NCBI GenBank assembly: GCA_011109175.1 | Contig: RDEW01000033.1 | Span: 186,001 to 250,000 of the forward strand | Origin: Dicyema japonicum | Lineage: Eukaryota > Animalia > Dicyemida | Direction of reading: 5' to 3' | DNA: 64,000 bases | Shown: positions 63,901 to 64,000 of the stretch, in pieces | Layout: every line of letters starts with the position of its first letter | Numbering within the stretch: the stretch's first letter is position 1 | Made by a program: the position numbers and the translations under genes | Notes under the pieces: model-generated | The model's database searches: none | Told to the model about the DNA's origin: nothing | What the model saw: only the letters and a program-made list of their open reading frames with translations

Positions 63901-64000
63901 GTATTTTTCTAATATGTCTGTGATTATTTGTTTTAATAAAAAAATATTCGAATTATAGTAAATCACATTTATTCCTATTAAAGGCTAGTCAGATAGTGGA

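Noticed and set aside
1178-63966. Many 60-130 aa ORFs antisense to transposon or gene frames
   Set aside because: They are shadow ORFs with no recognisable motifs.
1-64000. Hammerhead ribozymes, Penelope elements, tRNA, rRNA or snRNA genes
   Set aside because: CTGATGA cores seen (e.g. near 36488 and 44754) lack stem II plus GAAA. No GIY-YIG ORF, cloverleaf or rRNA-like tract was recognised by eye; a covariance-model scan would be needed to exclude them.

Overview
AT-rich eukaryotic nuclear DNA, almost certainly from an animal with a highly compacted gene architecture. It carries metazoan-type tensin, arfaptin, BNIP2, diaphanous and MED15 genes, and the standard genetic code is used. About 11 protein-coding genes are split by GT-AG micro-introns, mostly 20-26 nt long, so the supplied ORF track fragments them. 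Such introns are typical of reduced parasites such as dicyemids or possibly myxozoans; the taxon is an inference. The genes are RFWD3, THADA, a tensin-like SH2-PTB gene, a BNIP2/caytaxin-like BCH gene, an HtrL-like gene, arfaptin, a diaphanous formin, MED15, a stand-alone IBR protein, NAA35 and a golgin-like coiled-coil gene. Most intergenic space is nested, decayed transposons: Ingi/Vingi-like, jockey/I-like, RTE-like, CRE-like and R4-like non-LTR retroelements, plus hAT (Buster), MULE (Phantom-like) and Tc1/IS630 DNA elements. Main highlights: (1) a TIR- and 9-bp-TSD-bounded MULE carrying an uninterrupted CRE-type restriction-like endonuclease ORF; (2) a textbook -1 frameshift signal at a LINE ORF1/ORF2 junction; (3) covarying 3'-terminal RNA stems shared by divergent LINEs; (4) a probable intron-length ruler in 3' splice-site choice; (5) a telomere-like minisatellite joined to a hairpin-rich 94-bp array. 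All gene and family calls come from manual translation and remembered family motifs, not database searches.
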